From positions 200,508,001 to 200,572,000 of the forward strand of contig OX597814.1 in NCBI GenBank assembly GCA_951406725.2: a stretch of DNA of 64,000 bases, in the 5' to 3' direction. The notes under the pieces were generated by a model that ran no database searches, was not told where the DNA came from, and worked only from the letters and a program-made list of their open reading frames with translations. This stretch comes from Octopus vulgaris. Taxonomy: Eukaryota. Of the stretch, positions 1 through 12,671 are shown one piece after another. Position 1 is the first letter of the stretch, and each line of letters begins with the position of its first letter. The translations under genes and the position numbers were made by a program.

Positions 1-802
1 TATTTCTTGTAGCCATCTTATTGGAAATTAAGAGATATTGCTCTTACAAATAGAGAGGTGTATGTACACTGTGTATAAACACGCATTTGACACAATGAAA
101 TATATTCTGCTGCTGATGGTCTCTTATAATAAATATTAAGGAAAGATTGGACTTTTCACTCAGTCTTGTGTCAACTCAAATATACATCAAAAGAAAAGAC
201 GATGGCACTTAGATAAGCTAACATTGCTGTAACAACATGCTGTGCCAATCAGCATGAAGACAGAAAATATATTTCTAATGCGGATTAGTGGAGACTGACA
301 AACACATACATACTCAATAAGTGTATATCGAAACACTATCATTCATTTTCTAATTTCTGCTTATACCAGCTATTGCTGTTTAACTCCAGATAAATCTGGA
401 TCGAACAGACTTATGCAATTTTAACATGACCATCCAGTCTGAGTTTTTTTAATTTAAAAAAAAATTTTTTTTTAGGGACTATGTTGTTGATGTATCCTTC
501 CCTTTTTTTTATCTTCATTTTTTAGTAATGATTTGAAAGAGATTTTGCTGTTATTTCTACCATGTCAAGTGACAATGTAGAGGATCTTTTGGTGGCTCTT
601 ATACAATGCTTCTTTCTTAGCTTGAATGTTGTTTAAGGGAAATGTATTTTCCCATTTTTGCTTTATTTAATAGTCCCAATCAATCTGGCTTCTGCAGATT
701 TATGACAGAAAGTTTGCTTTAAGAATCACCACATAAATATTTTAGCCATAACTCTTCTTCACTGTTAAAGTATTTTATTATTTTATCTGCAAATGACTTC
801 CC

Positions 803-1075
803 ATCATCATTGTTGTCCAACATCTGCCTTCCATGCCAGCATGGGTGGGACAGTTTGATTGGAGCCAGTCAGGTAGAAGCCTGCACCAGACTTCTGCAAC
901 ATTTTCGCCCTTCCTAACACCAACCACTTAGGGGACTTAGTGCTTTTTACATGGCACAAGCACAGACAAAGTCAGTTTTTGGCATGGTTTTTACAGCTGG
1001 ATGCCCTTCCAAATGCCAAACACTTTACAGTGTGGATTGGATGCTTTTTAAGTGGCATATGTACTGACAGGGTCA
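803..1075 (-). mobile_element. Decayed RTE-type 3' tail repeat ((ATG)n-tailed family)
   Basis: catcatcat...tccatgccagcatggg...ctggatgcccttcc motifs match the better copies at 44654 and 47790 in reverse orientation. Confidence 0.7.
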
Positions 1076-1306
1076 CCAAGTACCTTGCAAGACAAAAATA
1101 ATCTTTTGATAGAGGAGGGGTCATCAGAGGTGATTTTGTCTCAGATGATGAAAGGGTATAGTGAGACAGAAAGAAGAACAGAAAAAAATGTCTTGCTGAG
1201 AAGGTACAAGGTTACCCAGCCGGAGAGAGAGATCAGGAATGAAGACAAAAAACAGGTGTGGCACTGCAAAGGAAATACATAGTTACCCAACCTGAGGGAA
1301 GAGCAG

Positions 1307-1308
<2 letters not shown>

Positions 1309-1370
<62 letters not shown>

Positions 1371-1400
1371 AGAGAGAGAGAGAGAGAGTTAGAGAGAGAG
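1309..1400. repeat. (GA)n microsatellite
   Basis: Directly visible. Confidence 0.98.
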
Positions 1401-1577
1401 GGAGATAGCAGGATGGAGATGGTGGCAAAGTGCCAGGTATACTCACAAGGGACAGGGATCAGAATATAAATGGGATGGTCAAGTGAAGGCAGAGAGAAAT
1501 ATAGACGGTGGCAAGTGCCAAAGTGGGCAGTACTGCCACCTTAAGGGCAGTGGAAAGATCCAGGGATCATTGAAGAA

Positions 1578-1806
1578 AAGTGCATATGGCATAGTGGTTA
1601 AGAGCACAAGCTACTAATCCCAAGATTCCAAGTTTGATTCCAAGCAGTGACCATAATAATAATATTGAAAAATACTTTAGGAATGAGGACCCAGGTTTGA
1701 AATTTCCCCAAGACACCTGATGAAGGCTGGAAGGTATATCAGCTGAAATGTTGTGTTAACAACAAACAAGATGAGGACAAATATCCATCAAATGTAAATA
1801 ATGTAT
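1578..1806 (+). mobile_element. tRNA-headed short element carrying a minimal hammerhead ribozyme
   Basis: A box tggcatagtgg (1587-1597), B box gtttgattcca (1632-1642, CpG-decayed GTTCGATTCC), (aat)n linker, then HHR motif at 1712-1757. Confidence 0.7.
1712..1757 (+). ncRNA. Minimal type I hammerhead ribozyme motif (Penelope-type)
   Basis: Stem I gacac/gtgtt; core CTGATGA 1717-1723; stem II ggctg/cagct; GAAA 1745-1748; aatgtt, probably the decayed palindrome AACGTT, with a GUU cleavage triplet. Confidence 0.7.
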
Positions 1807-2084
1807 TATTCACCATATCAGCACAAAATTTATGACAGACAACTCTCAAGTCCTCAGTTTCTGGTTATACAGGAAGATATAATCACACACATTAAGATAT
1901 TTTTACTAACATAATAAGATGGCTGTCCTATATTATGAATTCAAAAATTATGAACCTAACTGATGTAAAATTTTGAATTCATATACATGCTGAGGTTGTC
2001 TCCTCCTATCTTCCTTGACCAGAATTAATCATCAAGTTAATGAATCTTCACCAAGGATGTAATTTTAATTTATGGAGACCTATT

Positions 2085-2455
2085 GAGTCAAGTACATCAA
2101 CATCAAAATGAAAATCAAATGGAAATTGTAGTTGTGATACCCGTACTGGTGGCATGTAAAAAGCACCATCTGAATGTGGCCAATGCCAGCACTGCTTTGA
2201 ATGGCATCCGTGCCGGTGGCACGTAAAAAGCACCAACTGATCGTGGCCATTGCCAGCCTCTTCTGGCCCCTGTGCTGGTGGCAAGTAAAAAGCAGCCACT
2301 ACACTCACGAAGTGGTAGGCATTAGGAAGAGCATCCAGCTGTAGAAACACTGCCAGATCAGACTGGAGTCTGCTGCAGCCTCCTGGCTTCCCAGCCCTGG
2401 TCAAACCGTCCAACCCATGGAAAACGGACATTAAATGATGATGATGATGATGATT
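2085..2455 (+). mobile_element. RTE 3'UTR-derived repeat with internal ~60-bp subrepeats and (ATG)n tail
   Basis: Three ggtggcacgtaaaaagcacc units, the conserved gccagatcagactggag...ccgtccaacccatg block, and a tgatgatga tail. Confidence 0.85.
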
Positions 2456-2557
2456 TCTTGGTTCACTACATTATGTTAGTACCAACCTTACCATTTGGTT
2501 TTCATGAAGAAGAATGTCTTCCTGGACGTTTCTCTCGTGGGTTTCTATTTTCAGTGA

Positions 2558-2810
2558 TGAGGAATTCAGTTGTTCAATGTACTGAAAATCTGCTCCTGTT
2601 AATGGTTGAGCATTCTATAAGCGTGTTTCCCAGAATCAGCTTTACACAGTGTGTATGACAAGGCTGTGCCTCTTGAATTACAGATAAAATCCAATTGATA
2701 GAAGCAACAGAGTTTCTATCTGCCCGGCTCAATAAGTTGCTCTAGCAAATAACATTTCCTAAAGGTACCAAGAGATCACACCAGGATCTTGTAATTACAA
2801 AGCAACCAAT
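2558..2810 (-). mobile_element. Old decayed SINE fragment sharing its tail with the 20665 and 14170 SINEs
   Basis: gatgaggaattcagttg...tgacaaggctg...ttgaattacag resembles 14180-14345. Confidence 0.5.
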
Positions 2811-2841
2811 CAGTTATATAGCGCTTACATGTTTCTTATAT

Positions 2842-3177
2842 GGCTCAGTCGTTAGAGCATCGAGCTTACGATCGTGAGGTTGTGAGCTCGAATCCCGGAC
2901 CCGGCTGCGTGTTGTGTTCTTGAGCAAGGCACTTTATTTCACGTTGCTCCAGTTCACTCAGCTGTAGAAATGAGTTGCGACGTCACTGGTGCCAAGCTGT
3001 ATCGACCTTTGTCTTTCCCTTGGATAACACTGGTGGCGTGGAGAGGGGAGGCTGGTATGCATGGGCGACTGCTGGTCTTCCATAAAACAACCTTGCCCGG
3101 ACTTGTGTCTAGGAGGGTAACTTTCTAGGTGCAATCCCATGGTCATTCATGACCGAAGGGGGTCTTTACCCTTTACC
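2842..3177 (+). mobile_element. Young tRNA-derived CORE-type SINE (resembles octopus OR2 class)
   Basis: A/B boxes tggctcagtcgttagagc and gctcgaatccc; CORE-like cttgagcaaggcactt; (tttaccc)n tail; 18-bp TSD cttacatgtttcttatat at 2824-2841 and 3178-3195. Confidence 0.9.
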
Positions 3178-4174
3178 CTTACATGTTTCTTATATTCAGT
3201 TCACTCAGTGGCCACACCATTCAGTATTTGTTCATAAAAAAATAAAATCTGCTTCCCATTCTAGTCATAATTATCAGTAAAATTGGTAAACACTATATTT
3301 CACCGAAGATATCCAATAAGACCAAAACTTACTCAGAGTTGTCACCTTACGACCTAAATTAGATTCACTCACCAACAGTTTTTTTTTTTTTTTTTTTTTT
3401 TCAACTTTAGAGTTGTCTCACTTACTTTTCTTGCTCAGAGAAACTCATTAACCTTTTTGTGGATGTTTCTAATGAAATAAATTATCAACACTTTGAATTT
3501 AATTTTGGAAATAAGCAAGAATTTGGTGGAATTTAGCAAAATAACTAACAGTGTCACAAGTAATTCAGTGTTTGGAGTTTAGCAAAAGAAACCAATTTCA
3601 AAACACTAAGTTTTGTTTCATAGAAATAAGGATGGTTTCAGGTGGGTTAACCTAATGATTCTCTCTTGCTATAATCAATGTAATTTTGATTAATTAATGT
3701 CTCGCTACATGAAGTACAGTAGTACCAACTCACTTCTTGCAGATTGCTATAGTGTTTATAACATTAAGTTGATAACAATGTAATTACAAATATATTACAT
3801 TAACCCATTCAAAACAAGCATCGAATTTAATGAAAAGGTCTTGTATAAAGAGCATCTCAAATATATCTGTCTTTGCTCAATTTGGAATGTTTAAATTATA
3901 AACTATGCTAATGGTTTCCCCATTCATAACATTAACAGATTTTGTAATGAACACACAGAAGCCTTAGAAACAGCTGTTGCTTAGTTAGTTCTGCTTTAGA
4001 AGTCTTACAGCATGAAGATAAGCTTGCACCTTGTGTTTGTTAAACAAATCTACTCAGAAACCATGCTTCATGCTCTCACCCCACCCTCCAAAATTTAGTT
4101 GTTTATGTCACAGTTTAGGCTCCAGCAAATATGGCAGCTACGTTCTACTCATGAATGACAAAAATATTGACATG

Positions 4175-4472
4175 TTAAAAAGCACCATCCGATTGTGGCC
4201 GTTGCCAGCCTCACCTGGCCCCCGTGCCAGTGGCACGTAAAAAGCATCATCCGATCGTGGCCGTTTGCCAGCCTTGTCTGGCACCTGTACCGGTGGCACG
4301 TAAAAAGCACCCACTACACTCACGGAGTGGTTGGCGGTAGGAAGGGCATCCAGCCGTAGAAACATTGCCAGATCAGACTGGGCCTGGTGCAGCCTTCTGG
4401 CTTCCCAGACCCCAGTTGAACTGTCCAACCCATGCTAGCATGGAAAGCGGACGCTAAACGAAGATGATGATG
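4175..4472 (+). mobile_element. RTE 3'UTR-derived repeat, (ATG)n tail
   Basis: Near-identical to 47990-48243; ORFs 4031 and 4138 are translations of this repeat. Confidence 0.9.
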
Positions 4473-4829
4473 AATTCATTAATATATGAAACCATGGTGC
4501 TAATAGCAACTGCGACTGATTATGTGAACTCCATTTTTACATGTGACAGTTAATGCTACTGGATGAATGCACAAACTAAGTTTAGACCTAAGAGGTTATT
4601 GATACGACAGTTATTTTGATGGGTACATGAGTTTGTGTTTCTTCAAACTGATTATGAGCAATTAAAAACACATTCTTCATGTTGTATTTTCAATAAAGAA
4701 AAGAAGTAAGCCTTCTTGGAATGCTGAATGTAATAGAAAGGAATCCTATTAAAGAAAATATTCCAGGATCAACTACAAAGAAATAGCCTTATGAATTACT
4801 GGCTCATAGAAATTACAATAATTATTACT

Positions 4830-5335
4830 AAGGCAGCAAATTGGCAGAAACATTAGTATGCTGGGTGAAATGTTTAGCAGTATTTTGTCTGTCTTTACAT
4901 TCTGAATTCAAATTCCACCAAGGTCGACTTTGCCTTTCATCCTTTCAGGGTTGATAAATTACATACCAGTTGCATACTGGGGTCAATTTAATTGACTGGC
5001 CCTCCCACCCAAACAATTTCAAGCCTTGTGCTTAGAGTAGAAAAGAATAGTTATTAGTAATATTACTGCCTCTGGGGTTAACTTTGCCTTCATCCTTTTG
5101 GGGATCAATGAAATAAAAAATCAGTTGAGCATTGGGATCAATGTAATCAACTAGAACCCTCCCCCAAATTTTCAGACCTTTGTACCTAAATAAATTCTTA
5201 TTATTAAGGGCAGTGGATTAGCAGAAATGGATCAACAGCCAAATACCGTGTAATTATGTCCTTTTACATTCTGAGTTCAAATCCAGTCAAAATTGACCTT
5301 ACCTTTTATCCTTCAAGGATTAATAAAATATCCAA
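4830..5335 (+). mobile_element. Cluster of three decayed SINEs of the gtcgactttgcctttcatcc family
   Basis: Repeated ttctgagttcaaattcc...gactttgcctttcatcc...gataaa...accagtt motifs at about 4830, 5075 and 5207. Confidence 0.8.
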
Positions 5336-6454
5336 GACTAACTAAATCACTTATTTTTATGTCTTATGTCAGTGTCAGAGATCATTATTGATAAGATTTG
5401 AACTCATAAGTATTCAGCTGCAAAATAAACATCTTAATTTCATAGCTATTCTTTTATTCTCTTTCTTCAGTATGCTAAGCAATTCAAATCTATTAAAATT
5501 TTTGTTTATAATTTTTAAAGCATATTTAGAGACTATATAATTTCAGAGTTGTAGACCATTTTTCAATCTGTAATGCCTCTGGAGTACATTTTAAAATATT
5601 ATCTCTTACAAAACAACTAATTATTAAAAGCTTCTTTCAAATCTGAAACAGAACACTTCTGCAATCTTATACAAATTAAATGTATGTCTAAATTAATTAA
5701 TTGTAACATATTAAAGCACAGGGAGAAGGAAAGATCTATTGTTTCATAGCCAAGATAGCCTGAGAATATGAAAATAAAACCACTGTAGAAACTTTTTAAA
5801 AGAGGAAATTAATTATGAAGATGTATAAAACTGATTACTAAAGAGAACAAAATTTTTTTAAATTGGATTTTGTTTTATGCTGTTGTTCTATAAGGTAGTT
5901 GGAGGAGTAGATTAATGTTGATATGGTAAATGATGTCAATATAGATGTTTAACTTGAAAATCACTAAGTTGGTATCTTTAAGAAAAACTATGGTAGGAGA
6001 CAGAACTGGTAGTAATTCTGCAGCAATAGAATTGGGAGATGTTTAGTGTTGATCTAGGAGGAGAGACACAATAATTGTGTTGAGTAAAGATTGATGGGTG
6101 AGACAAACAGACTGCTAAATATCTTCTCAATCCAGATCTAAAGAGAAAAGAAACATAGCATCTCAGCTAATAACTAAAGTCTTTTGGTGAATGACTCTTT
6201 GGTGAGCGAATAGATAAATATTTATGAACTTCAAACTGATAGCCATTGAGATGAGAGACAGAAGATAGAATATAGGAGAATATGTTAAGTCCTTTCAAAT
6301 ATGCAAGAAACATAAGACATAGCAAAGTAGCTATGTATCTAATCAGTACACTGATGGATAGATGTATGACGAGAGGAATAGACAGACAGACAGACAGGTA
6401 CTTTTGTGATTTTTAAAGAAATTACTTTTGAAATATAATTTACAATAGCTATAG

Positions 6455-6865
6455 ATGCAGGAGTGGCTGTGTGGTAAGTAGCTTGCTTACCAACCACATG
6501 GGTTCAGTCCCACTGCATGGCACCTTGGGCAAGTGTCTTCTACTATAACCTCAGGACAATCAAAGCCTTGTGAGTGGATATGATAGACAGAAACTGAAAG
6601 AAGCCTGTCATATATGTGTGTGTGTGTGTTTATATGTGTGTATGAGTATATGTTTGCGTGTCTGTGTTTGTCCCCCTACCATCACTTGAAAACTGATGCT
6701 GGTGTGTTTACGTCCCCATAACTTAGCAGTTCGGCAAAAGGGACTGATAGAATAAGTACTAGGCTTACAAAGAATAAGCTCTGGGGTCGATTTGCTCGAC
6801 TAAAGATGGTGCTCCAGCATGGCCACAGTCAAATGACTGAAAGAGGTAAAAGAAAAAAAAAGAAA
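6455..6865 (+). mobile_element. Bipartite tRNA/CORE-like SINE (head, TG/TA microsatellite, second module)
   Basis: gcaggagtggctgtgtggtaag head; ccttgggcaagt; tail gctccagcatggccacagtcaaatgactgaaa; same family at 8367, 19600, 36475 and 46245. Confidence 0.9.
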
Positions 6866-7419
6866 AAATAATAGACTCAGTTTAAAATGACATTTGATTT
6901 GGTATTGTACAGACATGTTCATGGAGAAATAAAAAAATATATAATAGCAAGTAGTGATTGGTGTACTCAAACACTGGGTGCGGGCATGTGTGCTGTGGTT
7001 CAGATATTGCTTAGCAACTACATGGTTTTAATTTTGATTACATTGCATGCACTGTGGTGTTGCCTGAAGTCTTGTGAGAGAAATCAGTTAGAAACTCTGA
7101 AGAAATCCAATGGAGAGATTGTTTTATTCTTTGGTGGCAGATATAATTCATCAGCTTGCTTAACACCTCTTGGCCCTCAGGTGCCTATAGTGGATTTACT
7201 GTTGCAAGCAATCAGGGTAGGTGTATGGACTAAGAATTATTTTCTACCTTCCTTTCACTATAATCTCAGTGGCCTTGAAAATTGTTATGTGCACAGCCTT
7301 CCCTCTTCTAACTCACTAGAAAAAAAAAAATATTAACGTGAGGAAAATTAAGCAGTGATAAAAGCCGACAATTTTCTAATATGCCACTGTCTAATATGAT
7401 TACTCAAAGACAAGAATAT

Positions 7420-7830
7420 CACCACCATAATTTAATATCCATTGTCCATGCTGGCATGGGTTGGACGGTTCAACCAGAGCTGGGAAGCTGCATCAGGTTC
7501 CAGTCTGTTTTGGCATGGTTTCAACCACTAGATGCCCTGCCTAATGCCAACCACTCTGAGAGTGTAATAGGTGCTTTTTACATTCCACAGGCATTGGCTC
7601 CAGTTGCATGGCACCAGTATCTGCCACAACTACATTTTCACTTGGTTTGACAGATTTTCTCAAACACGGCATATTGCCAAAAGTCTCTGTCTTTTATCAT
7701 TGCCTCCATGATGCCCAATGCTTAAAAAGTGCTTTTTTTGTAGACTGGCATGGGTGGCAGTTAAGTGACCCCAGCATTGGCCATGACTACGATTTCACTT
7801 GGCTTGACAGGTATTTTCAAGCATGGCATA
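7420..7830 (-). mobile_element. RTE 3'UTR-derived repeat
   Basis: tccatgctggcatgggttggacgg...gatgccctgcctaatgccaaccactc. Confidence 0.75.
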
Positions 7831-8366
7831 TAATGAACACAAACATAAAACTTATCAGTAACTGAAGACTGTAGGTCAGAAACAAACTTGTGCCAATGAT
7901 TCTGAAATCCACAAACCACTTGACGTGTGACACACAATGACATAGGATGTCATAACGTATTTCTTCAACATGTCCAAAGCAATATGAGTAACAACAGGTC
8001 CCACACTCTTCAGAATTAGAGAGAGAGCGATGGTGGAGGATCTCCAACATTTGTCAGTAAGGAGTTTTCTTGCCAGACATTTTCCAACTGCCAAGAAATC
8101 AAATTCCTCAATATTGTGACAACATCATTTATTTCCTTAAAGGCAGCAATGATGGTTGCATATTTGTGTCCTGACTTGTGGATGATACATTCACCAATAT
8201 AATATTAGGTGGGTTCCTGAAAGTTAAACTGTTTGACTTTCTATTAATCTAACCTCAAATATACAAAATCAATCCAATAACATTCAAATATTCAATGAGC
8301 TTACATTCCATAATAAGCCAGTTATATGTTTAACTATGTTTGAATAGAATTATGTTGTAACTGTTA

Positions 8367-8718
8367 AGGCACAGGGGTGGCTGTGTAGTAAGAAGCTTGC
8401 TTTCCAACCGCATAGTTGCGGGTTCAGCATAGCAACTTTCGCAACAAGTGTTTTCTACTATAGCCTCAGGCCAACCAAAGTCTTGTAGGTGGATTTGGTA
8501 GACAGAAACTGAAAGAAGCCCGTCGTGTATGTATGTATGTATTTATTTGTGTGTCTATGTTTGTCCACCCACTGACAACTGATGTTGGTGTGTTTACATC
8601 CCTGTAACTTAGTGACTCAGCAAAAGAGGTTAATGGAATAAGTTGATTTGCTTGACTAAAGGCGATGCTCCAGCATGGCGACAGTCAAATGAGTGAAACA
8701 AGAAAAAGAATAAAGAAA
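8367..8718 (+). mobile_element. Bipartite tRNA/CORE-like SINE
   Basis: Colinear with 6455-6865. Confidence 0.85.
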
Positions 8719-11050
8719 TACACAAATAGTTCTGCAGTTAACCTTTTTTTGATTATTTCTTCAAGCATTACTTTCATGTAGAAAACCTGAGTAATCATGG
8801 GCTTTCTAGAGTGAAAATAAAACGCTAGTATTTTAAAAAGCTAAAAAACATGCAAGCATGGATATGTGAGTGGTTCACCTCCTTATCAAATGGGGTTAGG
8901 TTCAATTCTATAGCACAGCACCCTAGGCAGCGTAGGCATAGCTGTGTAAGAAGATTACTTTCCAATTATGTGCTTTGGGGCCTCCTGTGTGACACCTTGG
9001 GCAAGTGTCTCTACTATATAGTCCTGACCCAACCAAAGTTCTTTGAGTGGATTTAGAAAACAAACAAAGAAGACTGCCTTGATTCACTTGTTATTTTCAA
9101 CAAGAGGAACTCATTCTCTATGCTCATGCATACTTTGTGTATTCATGGCTAACATTACAAGTACACAAATAAATGAAGTGTGATTTCTAATAGAGTGACA
9201 GAGGACCAAAATTTCAAATGCAGTTGTTACATATGGTAGTCACTTGTAAATAAAGCTATGAAATCAAATAATGAATTGTTTAAATGGTTCACAGTTTCTG
9301 TTAGAGAGTAGTCCTAACTAGCTTAATTACTAAATTACTAAGCTGAAGCATAATAATTAGAATAAGACAATGTTAGCTCTGCAACTAAGAAAAGTTTATC
9401 AGTGAAAAAAGAAAATTGTATGAAGTTTGTATAAGGTGTTGTACTCCATTGTAGTGAGAAGTTGTTGAATGTAGAATATTTCATGTTTACATCAGTCAAG
9501 GAAATTAGTTTCAGCAGATGCTCTTCCTAACCAACTTCACCATTTTACAAGCCAAGTAATGTTTTTATCCTCCAGCCAGGCATTTTTTTCATAAACAATT
9601 GCAAACAAAAATGCCATTTGTATGACAATGATATTTGCTTACAGCCAACATATGATGTCAAGATAAAAGACACACACACGAAAGGTGTCTTTTCAGTTTC
9701 TGTTCTCCAAATTAATTACTCAGGAAGCTTTTATCATCCTTGAATGAAATATTAATTGATCAAAATGAGGAGCTAAGTTTCAAAGCTTTGTGTGCAGGAA
9801 AGGTGGCTGTGCTGGTTGTGGATATGTGATTTAGAAGAATGACAAAATTATTACAGGTAAAAGAAGAGGGCATCGACACGGGAAAATACTTTTGGAAGAA
9901 GGAAGGAAAAATGTGTGATCAGTTCTCTGGATGTTGGGCTTCTAAATGGAATGTTGAAGAACAAAGATGAGTGGTGATACAAAGTACAGCAAATCTGTTC
10001 AACTCTTGCCAGTATGGCAAAAAAGACATAAAAATGATTGCTATGATGATGCATTTTCTATAGATTATTCCATATGGATTAATATAAATGGAATTCAAAT
10101 CACTTGCATTGCATGGCTAATATAAAGACTCAAGTTCATAAACTCCCTGAATACATATGAAAGTTTGTTTGTCTAAATATCACAATTATAGAGTGATATC
10201 ACATTTCATAGTTTGCACTGTTCTTTACAGCTAGTATGGAGAGAAAAAAAAATCTAGTCTCATGATAATTTTGTATTGAGAGTTGTAAATGTGGAAAAGG
10301 AAGTGTAGGTAATAATCTAATGATGATAGAGAAATTGTAGTAGTAATGATGACAGAATGAATGCAAGTGATATAATGAGTGCAACAACAATGATAAACAA
10401 TGTCGAAAATGACGATCATCATTATTATACATATGCAAATGAAACTAATAAAAATAACAAATTCGGTAATATTATGGCATAGCATATTCAATACAATTAT
10501 GGTCATTGTTTATTACCCAGGTTTGAAATAAAATGGGAAAAGGAAGTTATGAAAGTCATTTGACAATAGGAATAAAAACAAAATTAAGAACTCAACATTA
10601 TCAATGCTTTTATTAGATAACTGGTTTAGTGTTATTTGAAAATTAGAATTCAAAAGAAACAATTTTATGTTAAAATTGCTTTATTTTCTAAATTATGCAC
10701 AGAATATATAATTAAATATGAAAACGTTCCATTTGCATGCGTTGTCAATAGAAAATTAGTTTTCACCCATTTACAGTTGCTTTATATGGAAAGATAAAGT
10801 TATGCTGTATTAGATGTTATAACCAGAATTATGTTCTTCAATTATTAACCAAGCTCAAAGAATTGTATAGTGATAGATATCTTGAGTTCAGTACAACTGT
10901 TTATTGATGCTGCCAACATTTAATGCTATTATACAGCTGATAATATTCAAATAACTTTCAACAGAAAGGTGTTATGAGCAAAACTTGAGTTAACTCTTAC
11001 ACGGATATACTGTCACTGTGTTTTAGTTTTTAAATAAAGAATTATGTAAG

Positions 11051-12021
11051 GTAATGTCTGTTGCCACTCCAACATGGCTTTCTGTATGGAAAAACGCTGC
11101 TACTCTTTAACCCCAGGAGAACAACTTCTCCGGCTGGTTAACAACACAACCTGTGCCCAATATATTACAAGCAGGGGAGTGAATCCCTATCATCGAGCAA
11201 TTTGACAGGACCAGTAGACCAGCCTGGTTTTGGGGTATTTACTCTTCCTCAGTACTGCACACCTGTCTACTAGAGATTGCAATCGTTCACCCTAGCTCAC
11301 AATATATAGAAAAATAAGCAATATTCAGCCACTGATCTTGCAACAAGCAAAGCAGCTAATTCTAAAGATGCAAGTAGTAACTCTACTGAAAAGTAATGTT
11401 TGTTACCACTTCAACATGGCTGTTGAAAGGTTTTGTGAAATAACTAGCTTTTAACTTAATGATAAACCAATGCTGAAACTTTCCATGACAATCTAATAAA
11501 AAAAATTTTAATTTAGCTTTGAATACTTCAATAGGTTGATGTTGAAAGTGTTAAGTAAATAATTTCACAAGATTTTAATCGGAACTTCACAAAATATCAA
11601 GGTTAAGAAATAAACTGCCTGATTAATAAACCTTCATCTTATTAAAAATGTTCAATATTGAACCATTCTTTACCTATAGTCTGCCACTTCTACATCATGT
11701 ACAATGGACTTCGCTCAATAACATGTTCTGAATGTACGATGTCTCATTAGTTTACAGCACTTACTGCCGCTTTCTCTCTCTCTCCAAGCACAAATATTAC
11801 AGACTTGTTCATTCAGTGAAATAATGTATCTTTGTAAGATTTACATGGAATGTCCTTACCTTCTTTGCATATTAACATGTTACTAATCTTAAATTTCTCA
11901 AACTTCAAATACTCCACTTGTTCATCACTACATTCCTCTGTAGCTAGTTGTTCTCCTGGGGTTAAAGAGTAGCAGCGTTTTTCCATACAGAACAGCCATG
12001 TTGGAGTGGCAACAGACATTA
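11051..12021 (-). mobile_element. Penelope-associated / retrozyme-like HHR element with direct and inverted terminal copies
   Basis: 11052-11126 is inverted at 11946-12021 (near-perfect) and its first ~32 bp recur directly at 11393-11424; HHR at 11204-11267. Confidence 0.75.
11204..11267 (-). ncRNA. Type I hammerhead ribozyme (this copy probably inactivated)
   Basis: Minus strand reads GACAGG tgtg CAGTA CTGAGGA agagtaaatacccc AAA ACCA ggc TGGT C TACTG gt CCTGTC. Stems I and III pair, GUC site is present, G12 has changed to A and stem II has two G>A changes. Confidence 0.75.
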
Positions 12022-12671
12022 AAACAGAAACTACCATTACTATTTCTAACAAATACTCTGCTCAACAAATCAATGAGAGTGCCTCTATGCAGTTGCTCAA
12101 CCAATTAGTAACAGCAGTTAAATCTCCCTCATGGCATTGTTTTAAGAGATGATGCAATGCCTAATCCAGTCTTATATACACTATATATGAAAACAATCTG
12201 TTGTGGTGAAGGCTGAAATTCATTTGATTATAAGTATGCTTGATCAAGCCTGGCCGGGGGTTAAACAACTGTTCTTCATCTATACATTTTTTGCCTTCTT
12301 TTTCTTTAAGTTTCTTATATGATGATTAGACCCGTCCTCATGGCTGAGGGTTAGAAAGGAGAGGAGTTCAGACACAGCCACCGTATATGTAAGGGATGTT
12401 ATATACCTATCTCAGTTTGTCATGGCTCATCAGCTTTACACTGAAAAAAGCTTAATTTGATTAAACAAATAAATGAAAAAGGCAGGGGTCTGAAACATTG
12501 AAATTTTGCACTCCTCCTCATAACAAATGAAGCTACTGACTTCTACAAACTCTGTAAGGCTAATAAAATGCTTTACATAACATGAAGCAGTTCTCTAAAT
12601 AAACAAGAATCCTCCTGCACCCCCCCCCCCCCCCATACACATAGTAAGTGAGCAAAAATAGAGCTGCTTAT

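Noticed and set aside
2842-2905. tRNA genes here and at 20668 and 43860
   Set aside because: They are SINE heads continuing into SINE bodies bounded by TSDs
7862-7895. Possible hammerhead (ctgaaga...cagaaac)
   Set aside because: Stem II would consume G12, there is no NUH site, and stem I does not close
9851-10054. Exon after ttacag at 9856
   Set aside because: Stops appear early in all frames and the sequence runs into a decayed (ATG)n RTE tail, so it is probably an old LINE end
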